Part shown: one piece after another, positions 42,659 through 53,228 of the stretch
How the letters are laid out: every line of letters begins with the position of its first letter
Numbering within the stretch: position 1 is the stretch's first letter
From: Coriobacteriales bacterium
Lineage (GTDB): Bacteria > Actinomycetota > Coriobacteriia > Coriobacteriales > QAMH01
NCBI GenBank assembly: GCA_051876075.1
Contig: JBJEHM010000037.1
Coordinates: 5,566 to 63,739 of the forward strand
Reading direction: 5' to 3'
Length of the DNA stretch: 58,174 nucleotides
The notes under the pieces: model-generated
The model's input: only the letters and a program-made list of their open reading frames with translations
Told to the model about the DNA's origin: nothing
Databases searched by the model: none
Program-made: the position numbers and the translations under genes

Positions 42659-42708
42659 CTGCAGTCTTCCCACTCTTTCCTACGAGGAGGGCACAGCGCC
42701 CGCACATA

Positions 42709-42735
42709 CAAAAAGAGAGCCGCTGAGGGCTCTCT
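42709..42735 (-). terminator. Terminator after tRNA-Val
   Basis: Minus strand AGAGAGCC-loop-GGCTCTCT followed by a T tract. Confidence 0.6.
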
Positions 42736-42745
42736 GAGAATTCGA

Positions 42746-42820
<75 letters not shown>

Positions 42821-42959
42821 ATCGGCCGTTCATCGGCAAGGAAATACTATACAGCATCCTGCGCTTTGCACAAGCCCCCAATTTCAAAGATTTGCAGCCG
42901 TGAATCCCAAACCGCCATGCCAAACTTTTTGGCTCTGTTAGACCAGGGTGGAGCTCAAC

Positions 42960-43122
42960 CTCTCTGCACGTCATCTCGACCAAGCGAGCGAAAGCGAGCG
43001 CGTGGAGAGATCTCGGGGGGAGCCAGGAGACCGAAGCTCGAGAGAGGCGGTCTTGCGGCTCAACCCGAGATTTCTCCACTGCGGCGCTTTCAGCGCCTCC
43101 GGTCGAAATGACGTACAGAGAG
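42960..43122. repeat. REP-like inverted pair (GTCAT...ATGAC type)
   Basis: CTCTGCACGTCATCTCGACC...GTGGAGAGATCTC paired with GAGATTTCTCCAC...GGTCGAAATGACGTACAGAG. Confidence 0.7.
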
Positions 43123-43164
43123 CGCCATTGTGGGTTAACAGAGCCAACTTTTTTGATTTTTTGC

Positions 43165-43193
43165 TTGCCTGGATTTGCGCGTTCCAGTATAGT
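43165..43193 (+). promoter_or_regulatory. Promoter for the tRNA-Gly-Cys-Gly cluster
   Basis: TTGCCT-N17-TATAGT, 14 nt before the first tRNA, with an upstream T-rich tract. Confidence 0.7.
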
Positions 43194-43207
43194 ATCGGCT
43201 TGCGCAC

Positions 43208-43283
43208 GCGGAAGTGGCTCAGTTGGTAGAGCACAACCTTGCCAAGGTTGGGGTCGCGGGTTCGAGCCCCGTCTTCCGCTCCA
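43208..43283 (+). tRNA. tRNA-Gly(GCC)
   Basis: GCGGAAGTGGCTCAGTTGGTAGAGC...CTTGCCAAG...GGTTCGAGCCC...TCCGCTCCA. Confidence 0.97.
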
Positions 43284-43342
43284 TTGACTGAACGGGAGCC
43301 GGCTTTCCAAGTCGGCTCTTTTCGACAAAGGGCGCATGGCAT

Positions 43343-43416
43343 GGCGACGTGGCCAAGCGGTAAGGCAGAGGCCTGCAAAGCCTTTATCACCGGTTCGATT
43401 CCGGTCGTCGCCTCCA
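43343..43416 (+). tRNA. tRNA-Cys(GCA)
   Basis: GGCGACGTGGCCAAGCGGTAAGGC...CTGCAAA...GGTTCGATTCC...GTCGCCTCCA. Confidence 0.97.
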
Positions 43417-43421
43417 TTTTT

Positions 43422-43497
43422 GCGGAAGTGGCTCAGTTGGTAGAGCACAACCTTGCCAAGGTTGGGGTCGCGGGTTCGAGCCCCGTCTTCCGCTCCA
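43422..43497 (+). tRNA. tRNA-Gly(GCC), identical second copy
   Basis: Same 76-nt sequence as 43208..43283. Confidence 0.97.
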
Positions 43498-43549
43498 CAA
43501 TCTCCGGGTCGCCCTCATGGCGGCCCTTTTTGTTTCCCTGGCAAATGCA

Positions 43550-43679
43550 CCGTCGCCCAAAGACCGGATGTGCGTGAAAACTGTTCCCAATGACCCAGAA
43601 TGTAGTTGTCTATTCAATAGATAACTACATTCTGGGTCATTGGCGCTGAAAACGCACATATCCGGTCATTGGGCGTCGG
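43550..43679. repeat. 130-bp nested palindromic element
   Basis: Inner 28-bp arms 43587-43614 / 43616-43643 with one mismatch; outer imperfect arms CCGTCGCCCAAAGACCGGATGTGCGT / ACGCACATATCCGGTCATTGGGCGTCGG. Confidence 0.75.
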
Positions 43680-43702
43680 CCGGCCTCTCGGTCTGACAGC
43701 AT

Positions 43703-43734
43703 AAAAAAGAGCCGGCGGGTTGCCCTGCCGGCTC
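43703..43734 (-). terminator. Intrinsic terminator after rpoD-tRNA-Ile2
   Basis: Minus strand GAGCCGGC-AGGGCAACCC-GCCGGCTC followed by TTTTTT. Confidence 0.8.
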
Positions 43735-43744
43735 GATCTTGCAT

Positions 43745-43820
43745 TGGTGGGCCCAGTAGGATTCGAACCTACAACCCAGGGATTATGAGTCCCCTGCGCT
43801 AACCGTTGCGCCATGGGCCC
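43745..43820 (-). tRNA. tRNA-Ile2(CAT), lysidine type; elongator Met less likely
   Basis: GGGCCCATGGCGCAACGGTTAGCGCAGGGGACTCATAATCCC...CCA; GACTCATAATC arm and position right after rpoD fit tRNA-Ile2. Confidence 0.9.
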
Positions 43821-43843
43821 GCTGCCGAGGAGATTGTACCCTC

Positions 43844-45190
43844 TTACTCCTCCAAATAGTCCTTCAGCTTGCTGCTCCTGCTGGGATGGCGGAGCTTGGC
43901 GAGCGTCTTGCTCTCGATCTGGCGGATGCGCTCTCGCGTCACGCCAAACTCGCGGCCCACTTCCTCGAGGGTGCGGGGGTGGCCGTCCTTCAAGCCAAAG
44001 CGCAGCTCGATGACCTTGCGCTCGCGCTCTGCCAGGCCGTCGAGCACCTTACCCAGCTGCTCCTGCAGCATGGTGAAGCCGGCGGCGTCATCCGGGCGCA
44101 CGGCCTCGTGGTCCTCGATGAAGTCGCCCAGCTGGGAGTCCTCCTCCTCGCCGATGGGCGTCTCCAGAGAAACGGGCTCCTGGGAGATCTTCTGGATTTC
44201 CCTCACGCGCTCTGCGCTCATGTCCATCTTCTCGCCGATTTCCTCCGGGGTTGGCTCGCGACCGAGCTCCTGGAGCAGCTGGCGCTGGATACGGACCAGC
44301 TTGTTGATGGTCTCTACCATGTGGACCGGGATGCGGATGGTGCGCGCCTGGTCTGCGATGGCACGGGTGATGGCCTGGCGGATCCACCAGGTTGCATAGG
44401 TGGAGAACTTGAAGCCCTTGGTGTAGTCGAACTTCTCCACGGCGCGGATGAGGCCCAGGTTGCCTTCCTGGATGAGGTCGAGGAAGAGCATGCCGCGGCC
44501 CACGTAGCGCTTGGCGATGGAGACGACCAGGCGCAGGTTGGCCTCGATCAGGGCATCCTTTGCGTCCCAGCCCACCTGCTCGATGCGGCTCAGGCGGCGC
44601 TTTTCCTTGCGGTCGAGCTCGATGCCGTTGGCCTCTGCCTCTTCGAGCTGGGCGGTGGCGGCCAGGCCCGCCTCGATCTTCATGGCCAGGTCGACTTCCT
44701 CCGCTGCGGTGAGCAGGTCGACCTTGCCTATCTCCTTGAGGTACATGCGCACCGGGTCGCCCGTGAGCATGGCAACGTTGGAGGCCTCTGCGCGCGCCCT
44801 GCGCGACTCGCCGCGCTTCTTGCGCGAAGACGCCTTGCTGGCCTGTTTGAGCAGGGACTCCGCCTCTGCGCTGGCCTTGAGCTCGTCTTCGGGGATGCCC
44901 TCCATGATGTCTTCGTCAGACATGGTTGGATCTGGATCGTCGTCAACTGCAGATGCGATGCTGGAGTCGTCCTCGACCTTGACTCCACAGGTGCGGAAGT
45001 AGTCAACCGCGGCATCGATCTGCTTGGGGTTGAGCTCTTCCTCTGCAAAGGCGTTTTCGATGGTGCTCCTGCTCGTCTTCTTGCCAGTGTCCTTGAGCAG
45101 CTCGTCGAGCTTCTCGATGATCTCTGGCTCGAGCACGCCCGCGGCGGCCTCTGCAGCCTTCTTCTTGTTGGCGTTCTTGGTTGCAGCCAC
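43844..45190 (-). CDS. rpoD: Primary RNA polymerase sigma factor RpoD/SigA
   Basis: [65 protein letters not shown] start at 45190 inferred. Confidence 0.97.
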   Translation of the reverse strand: MAATKNANKKKAAEAAAGVLEPEIIEKLDELLKDTGKKTSRSTIENAFAEEELNPKQIDAAVDYFRTCGVKVEDDSSIASAVDDDPDPTMSDEDIMEGIPEDELKASAEAESLLKQASKASSRKKRGESRRARAEASNVAMLTGDPVRMYLKEIGKVDLLTAAEEVDLAMKIEAGLAATAQLEEAEANGIELDRKEKRRLSRIEQVGWDAKDALIEANLRLVVSIAKRYVGRGMLFLDLIQEGNLGLIRAVEKFDYTKGFKFSTYATWWIRQAITRAIADQARTIRIPVHMVETINKLVRIQRQLLQELGREPTPEEIGEKMDMSAERVREIQKISQEPVSLETPIGEEEDSQLGDFIEDHEAVRPDDAAGFTMLQEQLGKVLDGLAERERKVIELRFGLKDGHPRTLEEVGREFGVTRERIRQIESKTLAKLRHPSRSSKLKDYLEE

Positions 45191-45218
45191 GTTGTTCCCT
45201 TCTCTGCTGGCCCTGGGG

Positions 45219-47063
45219 CTAGGCCCGGGGACCATTGCGCAGCTCCACGAGCTGCTGTTGAAGCCCGACGGTCTTCTCGAACAGGGCGTCTGCCTCTTCT
45301 GGAGACAGCCCTGCATCCCTCATCTGGGCCTTTGCCTGGCGGATCTCAGCTTCGAGGTCGCGCTCCCTGAGGGCCCGTGCCAGCAGGCGCGCCCTCAGCT
45401 GCCCTTCCTCCCCCGGCTCTGCCTCGCTCATTGCCCGAGCAAGCAGCGCGGGGGCCTCCGAGCACACAGAAACCGCGGCGCTGTAGGCCTGCGCAGGCGT
45501 TGCATGTGCGCCGGCTTGCAGCAAGGCGGCAGCCATTGCCTGTGCGCGGGGGTCCTCCCAGTGAATCTCCTTGAGGCTTGTACCCAGTTTGCCGAGGAGC
45601 GCCGTGTCTGCCACGCAAAGCGAGAGCAGCTCGAACTCCATGCGGAAGCTCTTGCGACCCTCTTCTGCGACTCTGGCCACAGCGGTGTTCCGCGGCGGTT
45701 GACCCTGCTCTGGATGAGGCACCAGTTCTTCTTCGCGGCGGGCGACCGCAGGGGCCTTGAGCTCCTTGAGAGCATGGGATACTACAGTATATTCTAGGTT
45801 GAGCCTGTCTGCAATCGAGTTGACGTAATCCGTGGCTATGACAGAGCCGCGCACGGGGAGCAGGATCTTGAGGGCCTCCTCCATGGCGCGCGCCTTCAAG
45901 GCCGGCTTGGAGAGGTCAAAGCTCGCCAGGGTGCGGTTGATGGCAAAGTCCAGCAGCGGCTGGGCCTGCGCCACCTGCTGCAGCAGGGCGTCTGCGCCCT
46001 TTGCTGCCACGTACTCGGCAGGGTCCATGTTGTCTGGCAGGACGGTCACCTTGAGCTCGATGGGGTTGCGCCCGCTTTCCACGGCAGAGCTCCAGTCTAT
46101 GAACTCGGTTGCCCTCATGGCGGCCTTCTGACCGGCGGCGTCCCCGTCGAAGAGGTAGACGATGCTCGAGGCAAAGCGCCCCAACAGCTTGACGTGCTGG
46201 GCGGTGAGCGCCGTTCCCAGCGTTGCCACGGCGTTGCGGATGCCGGCCTCGTGGAGGGCGATGACATCTGTGTAGCCCTCGACCACCACGGCGGTGCCGC
46301 TGCTGACGATGGCGCTCTTGGCCTTGTGGATGCCGAACATGTTGGACGACTTGTGGAACACCGGCGTCTCTGAGCTGTTGAGGTACTTGGGCTCCCCGCT
46401 GCCGATGACGCGCCCGCCGAATGCGATGGTGCGGCCCTGGAGGTCGTGGACGGGGAACATCACCCTGTTGAAGAAGCGGTCGACCATGCGGCCGCCCTCG
46501 TTGACGAACGCCAGGTTTGCCTGCAGCAGCTCGTCGCGCGTGAAGCCCTTGCCCTGCAGGTGGGCGCTGAGCTTGCCGTGGCCGGGCGCATAGCCCAGGC
46601 GCCAGTCCTTGGAGGGCCCGGAGCCAAAGCCGCGCTTGCCGAGGTACTCGCGCGCGCTGGCCGCGCCCGCGTCCTTGGAGCGCATGAGCTGGGTGTGGAA
46701 GAACTCCTCTGCCGCCTCGCAGGCCTCCATGATGCGCTGGCGCTGGCCGCGGGGCATACCGCCCTGGGTCTCCTTGATCTCTATATGGGCGCGGTCTGCC
46801 AGCAGGCGCACCGCCTCTGGGAACTCGAGCTTTTCCCGCTCCATGACATAGCCGAAGGCATCTCCGCCCTTGCCGCAGCCAAAGCAATGCCAGAGCTGCG
46901 TGCCGGGGTCGATCTTGAAGCTGGGGGTCTTCTCGTTGTGGAAGGGGCAGCAGCCCCAGAAGAGGCGCCCCTTCTGCTTGAGGACGACGGTCTCTGCCAC
47001 CAGCTGGACGAGGTCAGTTGCCTCCCTCACACGGCGGATGTCGTCGTCTTCGATGCGACCCAT
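45219..47063 (-). CDS. dnaG: DNA primase
   Basis: Zinc finger [11 protein letters not shown]...[25 protein letters not shown] and FDGDAAG. Confidence 0.97.
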   Translation of the reverse strand: MGRIEDDDIRRVREATDLVQLVAETVVLKQKGRLFWGCCPFHNEKTPSFKIDPGTQLWHCFGCGKGGDAFGYVMEREKLEFPEAVRLLADRAHIEIKETQGGMPRGQRQRIMEACEAAEEFFHTQLMRSKDAGAASAREYLGKRGFGSGPSKDWRLGYAPGHGKLSAHLQGKGFTRDELLQANLAFVNEGGRMVDRFFNRVMFPVHDLQGRTIAFGGRVIGSGEPKYLNSSETPVFHKSSNMFGIHKAKSAIVSSGTAVVVEGYTDVIALHEAGIRNAVATLGTALTAQHVKLLGRFASSIVYLFDGDAAGQKAAMRATEFIDWSSAVESGRNPIELKVTVLPDNMDPAEYVAAKGADALLQQVAQAQPLLDFAINRTLASFDLSKPALKARAMEEALKILLPVRGSVIATDYVNSIADRLNLEYTVVSHALKELKAPAVARREEELVPHPEQGQPPRNTAVARVAEEGRKSFRMEFELLSLCVADTALLGKLGTSLKEIHWEDPRAQAMAAALLQAGAHATPAQAYSAAVSVCSEAPALLARAMSEAEPGEEGQLRARLLARALRERDLEAEIRQAKAQMRDAGLSPEEADALFEKTVGLQQQLVELRNGPRA

Positions 47064-47069
47064 GGCGGC

Positions 47070-49019
47070 TCAGCTCCCCTCGCGCCGGGAGGCGGCCAGC
47101 GGTGCCAGGTTGTCACGCACCCACTGGATGTTGCCCATCACCGTGGCGACGAGCTCCTCCTGGCTCTCGAACTTGAGCTGGGGGCGCATCCAGTGGACGA
47201 GCTCCAGCTCGACGGTCTTGCCGTAGAGGTCCCCGCGGTAGTCGAGCAGGTGGGCCTCCACAGGGGCGGTTGCGGCGTCAAAGCTGCGCGCCACCCCAAC
47301 GTTCACAGCCGCAGCATAGCAGGCCCCTGCGACACGGCAGAAGCCCCCGTACACGCCCTCGCGCGGCAGCATCACGTCGCCTGCCGGTTCCACGTTGGCC
47401 GTGGCAAAACCCATGCCGCTGCCCTCACCGCGGCCGTGCACCACCACGCCGCTCAGGCAGCAGCTCCCGCCCAGGCGCACTGCAGCGTCGACGTCGCCTT
47501 CAGCCAGCAGCTGGCGTATGCGCGTTGCGCTCACCACCTCGCCCTCTGCGCAGAGCAGCTCCTGGGGGCAGCAGCGCGCACCGTGCGCTGCGCACCAGCC
47601 GTCGATATCGCTCACCGTGCCGGCCGCCCTGCTCCCAAAGCGGAAGTCGCAGCCCACGTGGACGCTCTGCACCTGGAACAGCTTGCCCAGGCTCTCCAAG
47701 AAGGCCTGGGGTTCCACCGCAAAGCAGGCGCGCTCGGCGCGCATGGCCACCACCTCTGCGATCACGCCCGGGTTGTAAGAGCGCAGCAGCTGCAGGCGCT
47801 TGTCATCGCTCATGAGCTTGAAGCTCGAGGCCTCGCGCCCGAAGAACTCGTCTGGGTCCTTCTCGAAGGTGAGCACGCTCACAGGCACGCCGCGCCCCTG
47901 CGCATCTGCCACGGCGGCGTCAAGCAGGCTGCGGTGGCCGTTGTGCAGGCCGTCGAAGACGCCGATTACCAGCACGCGGGGGCCCAGCGGCTCGCACACA
48001 GGCTCGCAGGGGCTCCACAGGCGCAGGGCGCTGAGCTTCCTTGCACTGCGCACGCCGCACACCCCACCCGGAATCACCAGCTCGGGCCGCGCTGGGCCGT
48101 CCCCCTGCTCGTAGAGCGCCATGAGGTGCCCCTTGCTCACGCAGGCGCTCAGCCCCTGAGGCAGCGCGCGCTTGAGCGGTCTGCCGTTGGAGACATCTTT
48201 GAGCTCGGATTCGCTCAGCTCGCACGCGCTGGCCACGCCCAGCAGGGCAACCGGGTCCTCCCAGGGGAACTCGCGGCCGGCAGCTGCGGCCTCGCCCAGC
48301 TCCTCCAGGCTCACGGCGCGCTCGAGGCCAGTGCCGCCGACCTCGGTGCGGTTGAGGGCGCTCAAATGGGCGCCGCAGCCCAGGCTCTGGCCCAAGTCGC
48401 GCGCGATGGAGCGTATGTAGGTCCCCTTGCTCACCTTGAGGTCGACGTCCCAATAAGGCAGTGTCGCGGCAAAGCGCCCGCCCTGCCCGTCGTCGAGGTC
48501 GACTTCCTCAAAGCCCGCCTGTAGGAAGCGCGCCTCGTAGATGGTGACCTGGCGCGGCTCGAGCTCGAGCTCCCTGCCCTCGCGGGCCGCCTTGTATGCA
48601 GTGACGCCGTTCTTCTTGATGGCGCTGAACGCAGGGGGCAGCTGCATAGTGGGTCCGGTGATGCCGTCGAGTAGCTGCTGCGGCTCCACGGCGGCCAGGC
48701 CCGCCAGACCCTCGCCGGGTGCGGTCTTAGTGTATGCGGTGGTGATGCGGCCCTCTGCGTCGTCTGTATCGGTAGCCGCACCGAACACGATGCGCGCAGT
48801 GTAGCGCTTGTCATGGCCGGTGAGGTAGGCGGAAAGCCTGGTGGCCGCCCCCACGCACACGAGCATGAGGCCTTGCGCCATGGGGTCGAGCGTGCCCGCA
48901 TGCCCCACGCGGCGCTCGCCGGTCACACGCCTCACGGCGTTGACCACATCATGGGATGTAATGCCCTTGGGCTTGTCTATTGCAAGGACACCGCACAGTC
49001 CGCTGGTGCCTCGCTTCAT
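47070..49019 (-). CDS. truB: Fused tRNA pseudouridine-55 synthase TruB / riboflavin kinase-FAD synthetase RibF
   Basis: N-half DKPKG, VGHAGTLDP, SKGTYIRS; C-half GVFDGLHNGH, DFRFG, VSATRIR, GFATAN, EAHLLD; single uninterrupted frame. Confidence 0.9.
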   Translation of the reverse strand: MKRGTSGLCGVLAIDKPKGITSHDVVNAVRRVTGERRVGHAGTLDPMAQGLMLVCVGAATRLSAYLTGHDKRYTARIVFGAATDTDDAEGRITTAYTKTAPGEGLAGLAAVEPQQLLDGITGPTMQLPPAFSAIKKNGVTAYKAAREGRELELEPRQVTIYEARFLQAGFEEVDLDDGQGGRFAATLPYWDVDLKVSKGTYIRSIARDLGQSLGCGAHLSALNRTEVGGTGLERAVSLEELGEAAAAGREFPWEDPVALLGVASACELSESELKDVSNGRPLKRALPQGLSACVSKGHLMALYEQGDGPARPELVIPGGVCGVRSARKLSALRLWSPCEPVCEPLGPRVLVIGVFDGLHNGHRSLLDAAVADAQGRGVPVSVLTFEKDPDEFFGREASSFKLMSDDKRLQLLRSYNPGVIAEVVAMRAERACFAVEPQAFLESLGKLFQVQSVHVGCDFRFGSRAAGTVSDIDGWCAAHGARCCPQELLCAEGEVVSATRIRQLLAEGDVDAAVRLGGSCCLSGVVVHGRGEGSGMGFATANVEPAGDVMLPREGVYGGFCRVAGACYAAAVNVGVARSFDAATAPVEAHLLDYRGDLYGKTVELELVHWMRPQLKFESQEELVATVMGNIQWVRDNLAPLAASRREGS

Positions 49020-50011
49020 CAACGCACCGCCTCTTCACCCGCTAGCTCGAAGGAGGCCGCCACATGGGCGATCACGGTCTGGATCGCCTCCTGGATGTTG
49101 CCGTACAGGGTGAAGCCGCTTGCAGCCCTGTGACCGCCGCCGTTCATCTTCTTGGCGATCGCCTGGACGTCATGGCTTGTCTTGGAGCGGATGGACCCGC
49201 GGATGTGGTCGCCCTGGCCGCGCAGAATCACAGAGACCTCGGGGCCGTCGATCTGACGCACCACGTCTGTGAGCTCCTCACAGTCGTCCTTGCTCGCACC
49301 CAGCTCGACGAGGTCGGCATCGTCCATCCACGAGATGACCAGGCGGCCGTCGCAGGCGAACTGAGCGCGCTGCGCGACCCTCGACTCAAGCTGCAGGGCA
49401 GCGAGGCTCTTGCGCTGGTAAACCATAGTGGCCACCAGGGCAGGCTCTGCACCGGCGGCGACCATCTGGGCTGCCGCCTCGAAGGCGCGCTGGTCTGCGT
49501 TCTGGAACCTGAAGGAGCCGGTGTCGGTGAGCAGCGCAGCATAGCAGCAGCGCGCCATACCCGGCGTAGGCTCCACGCCCAGCTGGGGCAGCAGCTCCCA
49601 CACCAGCACGCCAACAGCCGCGGCATCCTCATCTATATAGCTGTAGTCTGCGATGTCTGCCGGGCCGGCGTGATGGTCGATCTTGACCGTGACCGCAGAA
49701 CGGGCCCTCACGGCGGCAGCATCGTCCATGCGCGCGTCTTCCGGCACGTCCAGCATGACGAAGACATCCGGCTGCCCGCTGTAGTCTGCAGCGGGGACCA
49801 GCTGCCCAAAGCCGGGGAGGAAGTCGTAGAGCTGGGGCTTCTCCCTCGTTGCCAGCAGCGGCGTCGCCTGGATGCCAAGGGACTGCAGCGCCTGGGCAAG
49901 CGCCAAGACGCTGCCCAGGCAATCGCCGTCCGGATTGCGGTGGCCGCAGAGGGCCACCGTTCGTGCGTTCTTGAGCAGCTCTACTGCTCCTGAGAAATCG
50001 AATCCAGCCAC
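49019..50011 (-). CDS. nrnA: DHH/DHHA1 phosphoesterase (NrnA-like oligoribonuclease / pAp phosphatase)
   Basis: HRNPDGDC, IDHH, TDTGSF, GSIRS, GGGHRAASG; lies between rbfA and truB. Confidence 0.9.
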   Translation of the reverse strand: MAGFDFSGAVELLKNARTVALCGHRNPDGDCLGSVLALAQALQSLGIQATPLLATREKPQLYDFLPGFGQLVPAADYSGQPDVFVMLDVPEDARMDDAAAVRARSAVTVKIDHHAGPADIADYSYIDEDAAAVGVLVWELLPQLGVEPTPGMARCCYAALLTDTGSFRFQNADQRAFEAAAQMVAAGAEPALVATMVYQRKSLAALQLESRVAQRAQFACDGRLVISWMDDADLVELGASKDDCEELTDVVRQIDGPEVSVILRGQGDHIRGSIRSKTSHDVQAIAKKMNGGGHRAASGFTLYGNIQEAIQTVIAHVAASFELAGEEAVR

Positions 50012-50346
50012 TTCTGCTCGCTTTCCAAGACGGCTGCGATGTGCTCTGCGGTGTCGACGCTCTTGTCGATGCGGAACCTGAGCTCGGGTGTCACGCGCCA
50101 GCCCAGCTCCTTGCCCACCAGGGAGCGGATGCGCCCCTTGGCGGCCTCGAGCCCCGCGAGAACCTCCTCGTAGCGCTCCTTGTCTGCAGAGACGTAGACA
50201 TCTGCAACAGAGCGGTCCTTGGAGACCTCACAGGCGGTGACGGTGACCATCTGCAGGCGCGGGTCTGCGATCTGGAACAAGATCACGCTGGCGACCGTGT
50301 CCCTGAGCGTCTCGTTTGCCTTGCGGGATGCAGGGGTTTGCCTCAT
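49981..50346 (-). CDS. rbfA: Ribosome-binding factor A
   Basis: ADPRL, VSKD, RVTPELRFRID; follows infB. Confidence 0.95.
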   Translation of the reverse strand: MRQTPASRKANETLRDTVASVILFQIADPRLQMVTVTACEVSKDRSVADVYVSADKERYEEVLAGLEAAKGRIRSLVGKELGWRVTPELRFRIDKSVDTAEHIAAVLESEQKWLDSISQEQ

Positions 50347-50355
50347 GCTGCCTCC

Positions 50356-52926
50356 CTACTCCTTGCGGGCGACCTGCTCGATGCGGTAGCCCTCGAGGAT
50401 GTCGCCTTCCTTGATGTCCTGGAAGCCCTCGATGCCGATGCCGCACTCGGAGCCGGCGCGGATGACGTCGACGTCCTCGCGGTAGTGGCGCATGGAGGTG
50501 ATGGCGCCTTCGTAGACGATGACGCTGTTGCGGACCACGCGGACGGTGTCTGTGCGGTGGATTTCTCCCTCGGTGACCAGGCAGCCGGCGATGACGCCCA
50601 CCTTGGGCATGCGGAAGAGCTCCCTGACCTCGGCAGAACCGGTGTCGATCTCCACTTCCTCGGGGGCCAGCATGCCAACACGCGCGGCGTTGATATCCTC
50701 GAGGGCCTTGTAGATGACCCTGTAGAGGCGAATGTCGACGCCCTCGCGGTCTGCAGCGGCGCGGGCTTTGGCCTGCGGGCGCACGCCAAAGCCGATGATG
50801 ATGGCATCAGACGCACCTGCGAGGATGACGTCGGTTTCCGTGATGCCGCCAACAGCGGAGTGGATGATGTTGATGCGGACCTCGGACTGGTCCATCTTGG
50901 CCAGGGCGTCTGCCAGGGCCTCGATGGAGCCCTGCACGTCTGCCTTGACGATGAGGTTGAGCTCTGCCAGCTTGTCCTGCTCCATGCGGGCGAAGAGGTT
51001 GTCCAGGGAGACATGGGACTTCTGCTCCTGGGCAGCCAGGCGAGCCTTGAACTCGCGCTCCTGGGCCAGCTTGCGTGCCTCGGACTCCTCCTCGAAGACG
51101 CAGAACTCGTCGCCAGCGCCGGGAACGGAGTTGAGGCCGAGGATCTCGACCGGGTCGGACGGGCCGCACTCGGTGACGTTGTTGCCCTTGGGGTCGATCA
51201 GGGCGCGGACGCGGCCATAGGACATGCCGGCCACCAGGGTGTCGCCCACGTGCAGGGTGCCGCGCTGGACGATGACGGTGGCAACGGGGCCGCGGCCCTT
51301 GTCCAGGTTGGCCTCGATGACAAAGCCGCTTGCGGTGGTGTCCGGGTTGGCCTTGAGCTCGAGCACGTCCGCCTGCAGGATGATGGTCTCGAGCAGGTCG
51401 TCGATGTTCATGCGCTTCTTGGCGCTGACCTCGACGAACATGTTCTCGCCGCCCCACTCCTCGGGGACGACGCCGTACTCGACCAGCTCGGTCTTGACGC
51501 GCTCGGGGTTGGCGCCGGGCTTGTCGATCTTGTTGATGGCGACCACGATGGGCACCTGGGCCGCCTTGGCGTGGTTGATGGCCTCGATGGTCTGCGGCAT
51601 CACGCCGTCATCGGCGGCAACAACCAAGACGATGACGTCGGTGACCTGGGCGCCGCGAGCGCGCATGGCGGTGAAGGCCTCGTGACCCGGGGTGTCGATG
51701 AAGGTGATCTGCTGGCCGTTGATGAAGACCACAGACGCGCCGATGTGCTGGGTGATGCCGCCGGCCTCGGTGCTGGCAACGCCGGTCTCGCGGATGGCGT
51801 CGAGCAGGGAGGTCTTGCCGTGGTCGACATGGCCCATGACGGTGACCACGGGCGGGCGCGGCTTGAGGTCCTCCTCGTTGTCATGGAAGGTGAACGACAT
51901 CTCCTCTTCCTGAGACACGACCTTGACCTCGCGGCCCAGGTCATCGGCGATGAGCTCGACGAGCTCGTCGCTCATGGTCTGGGTGAGGGTGAGCGGGGTG
52001 CCCAGCAGGAAGAGGCGCTTGACGATCTCGTTGCCGGGGACCTCGAGCAGCTCGGCCAGCTCGCCCACAGTGACGCCGGAGACGACCTTGGTGACGCCCA
52101 CGGCGATGCCGGTGCGCTCTGCCTCCTTGATCGCCTCCTCCTCGGCCTTCTTGGCGGCCTCTGCCGCACGGCGCTCCTTGCGCTTCTTGCGGCGGCCCTT
52201 GGACTCGGTTTCGGCCTCGGCAACGGCGGCGCGGGCCTCCTCGAGCACCTTGTCGCGCTGCAGCTGCTCGGCTGCAACAGCCATCTGGCGATAGCGGTCG
52301 TCCTCGGACTGGTCGTCAACGGAGACCTCGGCCTTGCGGCCGCCCTTCTTCTTTTTCTTGTTGTTGCGCTCACGGCCCTCGTGCTGCTCGGCCTTCTCTG
52401 CAGCGCGCTCGCGGTGGGAGCTCTCCTTGGCTTCCTCCTTCTCGCGCTTGGCAGTGGCCGCCTCTGCCTTCTCGCTGGCAAGGCGGTCGTTCTCCGCTGC
52501 GATCTGGGAGAGCAGCCCATCGAAGACGGAGGTGGGCTTCAGGCGCTTGGCCTCGCGCTCGGCCTCCTTGGCCTCTTCGGCCAGGCGCTTCTTCTCGGCG
52601 AGCTCTGCGTCGCGGCGGGCCTTCTCCTCCTGGCGGCGGCGACGCTCCTCCTCAGCTGCCAGGCGCTGCTCCTCCTGGATGCGCTGGCGCTCGGCTTCTG
52701 CCTTTGCAGCCTCTGCAGCGGCCGCCTCCTGGGCCTCGCGCTCGATCTGAGCCGCACGCTCGGCCATCTCGGGGCCGAGCTGCTTGCGGACTTTGTCGAC
52801 ATAGGCGTCGACGAGGGTGGAGGCGTGGTTCTTGGCGGGGATCTTCATCTCTGCCAGCTTGTCCAGCATCTCCTTGGAGCTCAGGCCAAACTCCTTGGCC
52901 AGCTCATGTACGCGCATGCTTCCCAT
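50356..52926 (-). CDS. infB: Translation initiation factor IF-2
   Basis: [38 protein letters not shown]. Confidence 0.98.
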   Translation of the reverse strand: MGSMRVHELAKEFGLSSKEMLDKLAEMKIPAKNHASTLVDAYVDKVRKQLGPEMAERAAQIEREAQEAAAAEAAKAEAERQRIQEEQRLAAEEERRRRQEEKARRDAELAEKKRLAEEAKEAEREAKRLKPTSVFDGLLSQIAAENDRLASEKAEAATAKREKEEAKESSHRERAAEKAEQHEGRERNNKKKKKGGRKAEVSVDDQSEDDRYRQMAVAAEQLQRDKVLEEARAAVAEAETESKGRRKKRKERRAAEAAKKAEEEAIKEAERTGIAVGVTKVVSGVTVGELAELLEVPGNEIVKRLFLLGTPLTLTQTMSDELVELIADDLGREVKVVSQEEEMSFTFHDNEEDLKPRPPVVTVMGHVDHGKTSLLDAIRETGVASTEAGGITQHIGASVVFINGQQITFIDTPGHEAFTAMRARGAQVTDVIVLVVAADDGVMPQTIEAINHAKAAQVPIVVAINKIDKPGANPERVKTELVEYGVVPEEWGGENMFVEVSAKKRMNIDDLLETIILQADVLELKANPDTTASGFVIEANLDKGRGPVATVIVQRGTLHVGDTLVAGMSYGRVRALIDPKGNNVTECGPSDPVEILGLNSVPGAGDEFCVFEEESEARKLAQEREFKARLAAQEQKSHVSLDNLFARMEQDKLAELNLIVKADVQGSIEALADALAKMDQSEVRINIIHSAVGGITETDVILAGASDAIIIGFGVRPQAKARAAADREGVDIRLYRVIYKALEDINAARVGMLAPEEVEIDTGSAEVRELFRMPKVGVIAGCLVTEGEIHRTDTVRVVRNSVIVYEGAITSMRHYREDVDVIRAGSECGIGIEGFQDIKEGDILEGYRIEQVARKE

Positions 52927-52940
52927 ACTTCACCTTCCCT

Positions 52941-53228
52941 TTAGCGCAGCTCCGCGCGGGCCGCGCAAAGAGCATCGAAATCCTTCTGGAGGCTGTCATA
53001 GTCCTCTGCGCTCAGCCTCGTGCGCAGCTTGCCCGCAAACGCGCCCTTCTTCACAGCCTTTGCAAAGCAGGATGCGTTGGGACATACGTAGGCGCCCCTG
53101 CCGGCGGCCTTGCCCCGCGGGTCGAGGCTCACCACCCCCTCGGGGGAGCGCACCACCCGCACAAGGCTGCTTTTCTCGGCAGCCGTGCCGCAGGCGATGC
53201 ACGTGCGTGTGGGCACCTTCACGCTCAT
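52941..53228 (-). CDS. ylxR: YlxR/RnpM-family RNA-binding protein
   Basis: PTRTCIACG, GRGAYVC; between nusA and infB. Confidence 0.9.
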   Translation of the reverse strand: MSVKVPTRTCIACGTAAEKSSLVRVVRSPEGVVSLDPRGKAAGRGAYVCPNASCFAKAVKKGAFAGKLRTRLSAEDYDSLQKDFDALCAARAELR

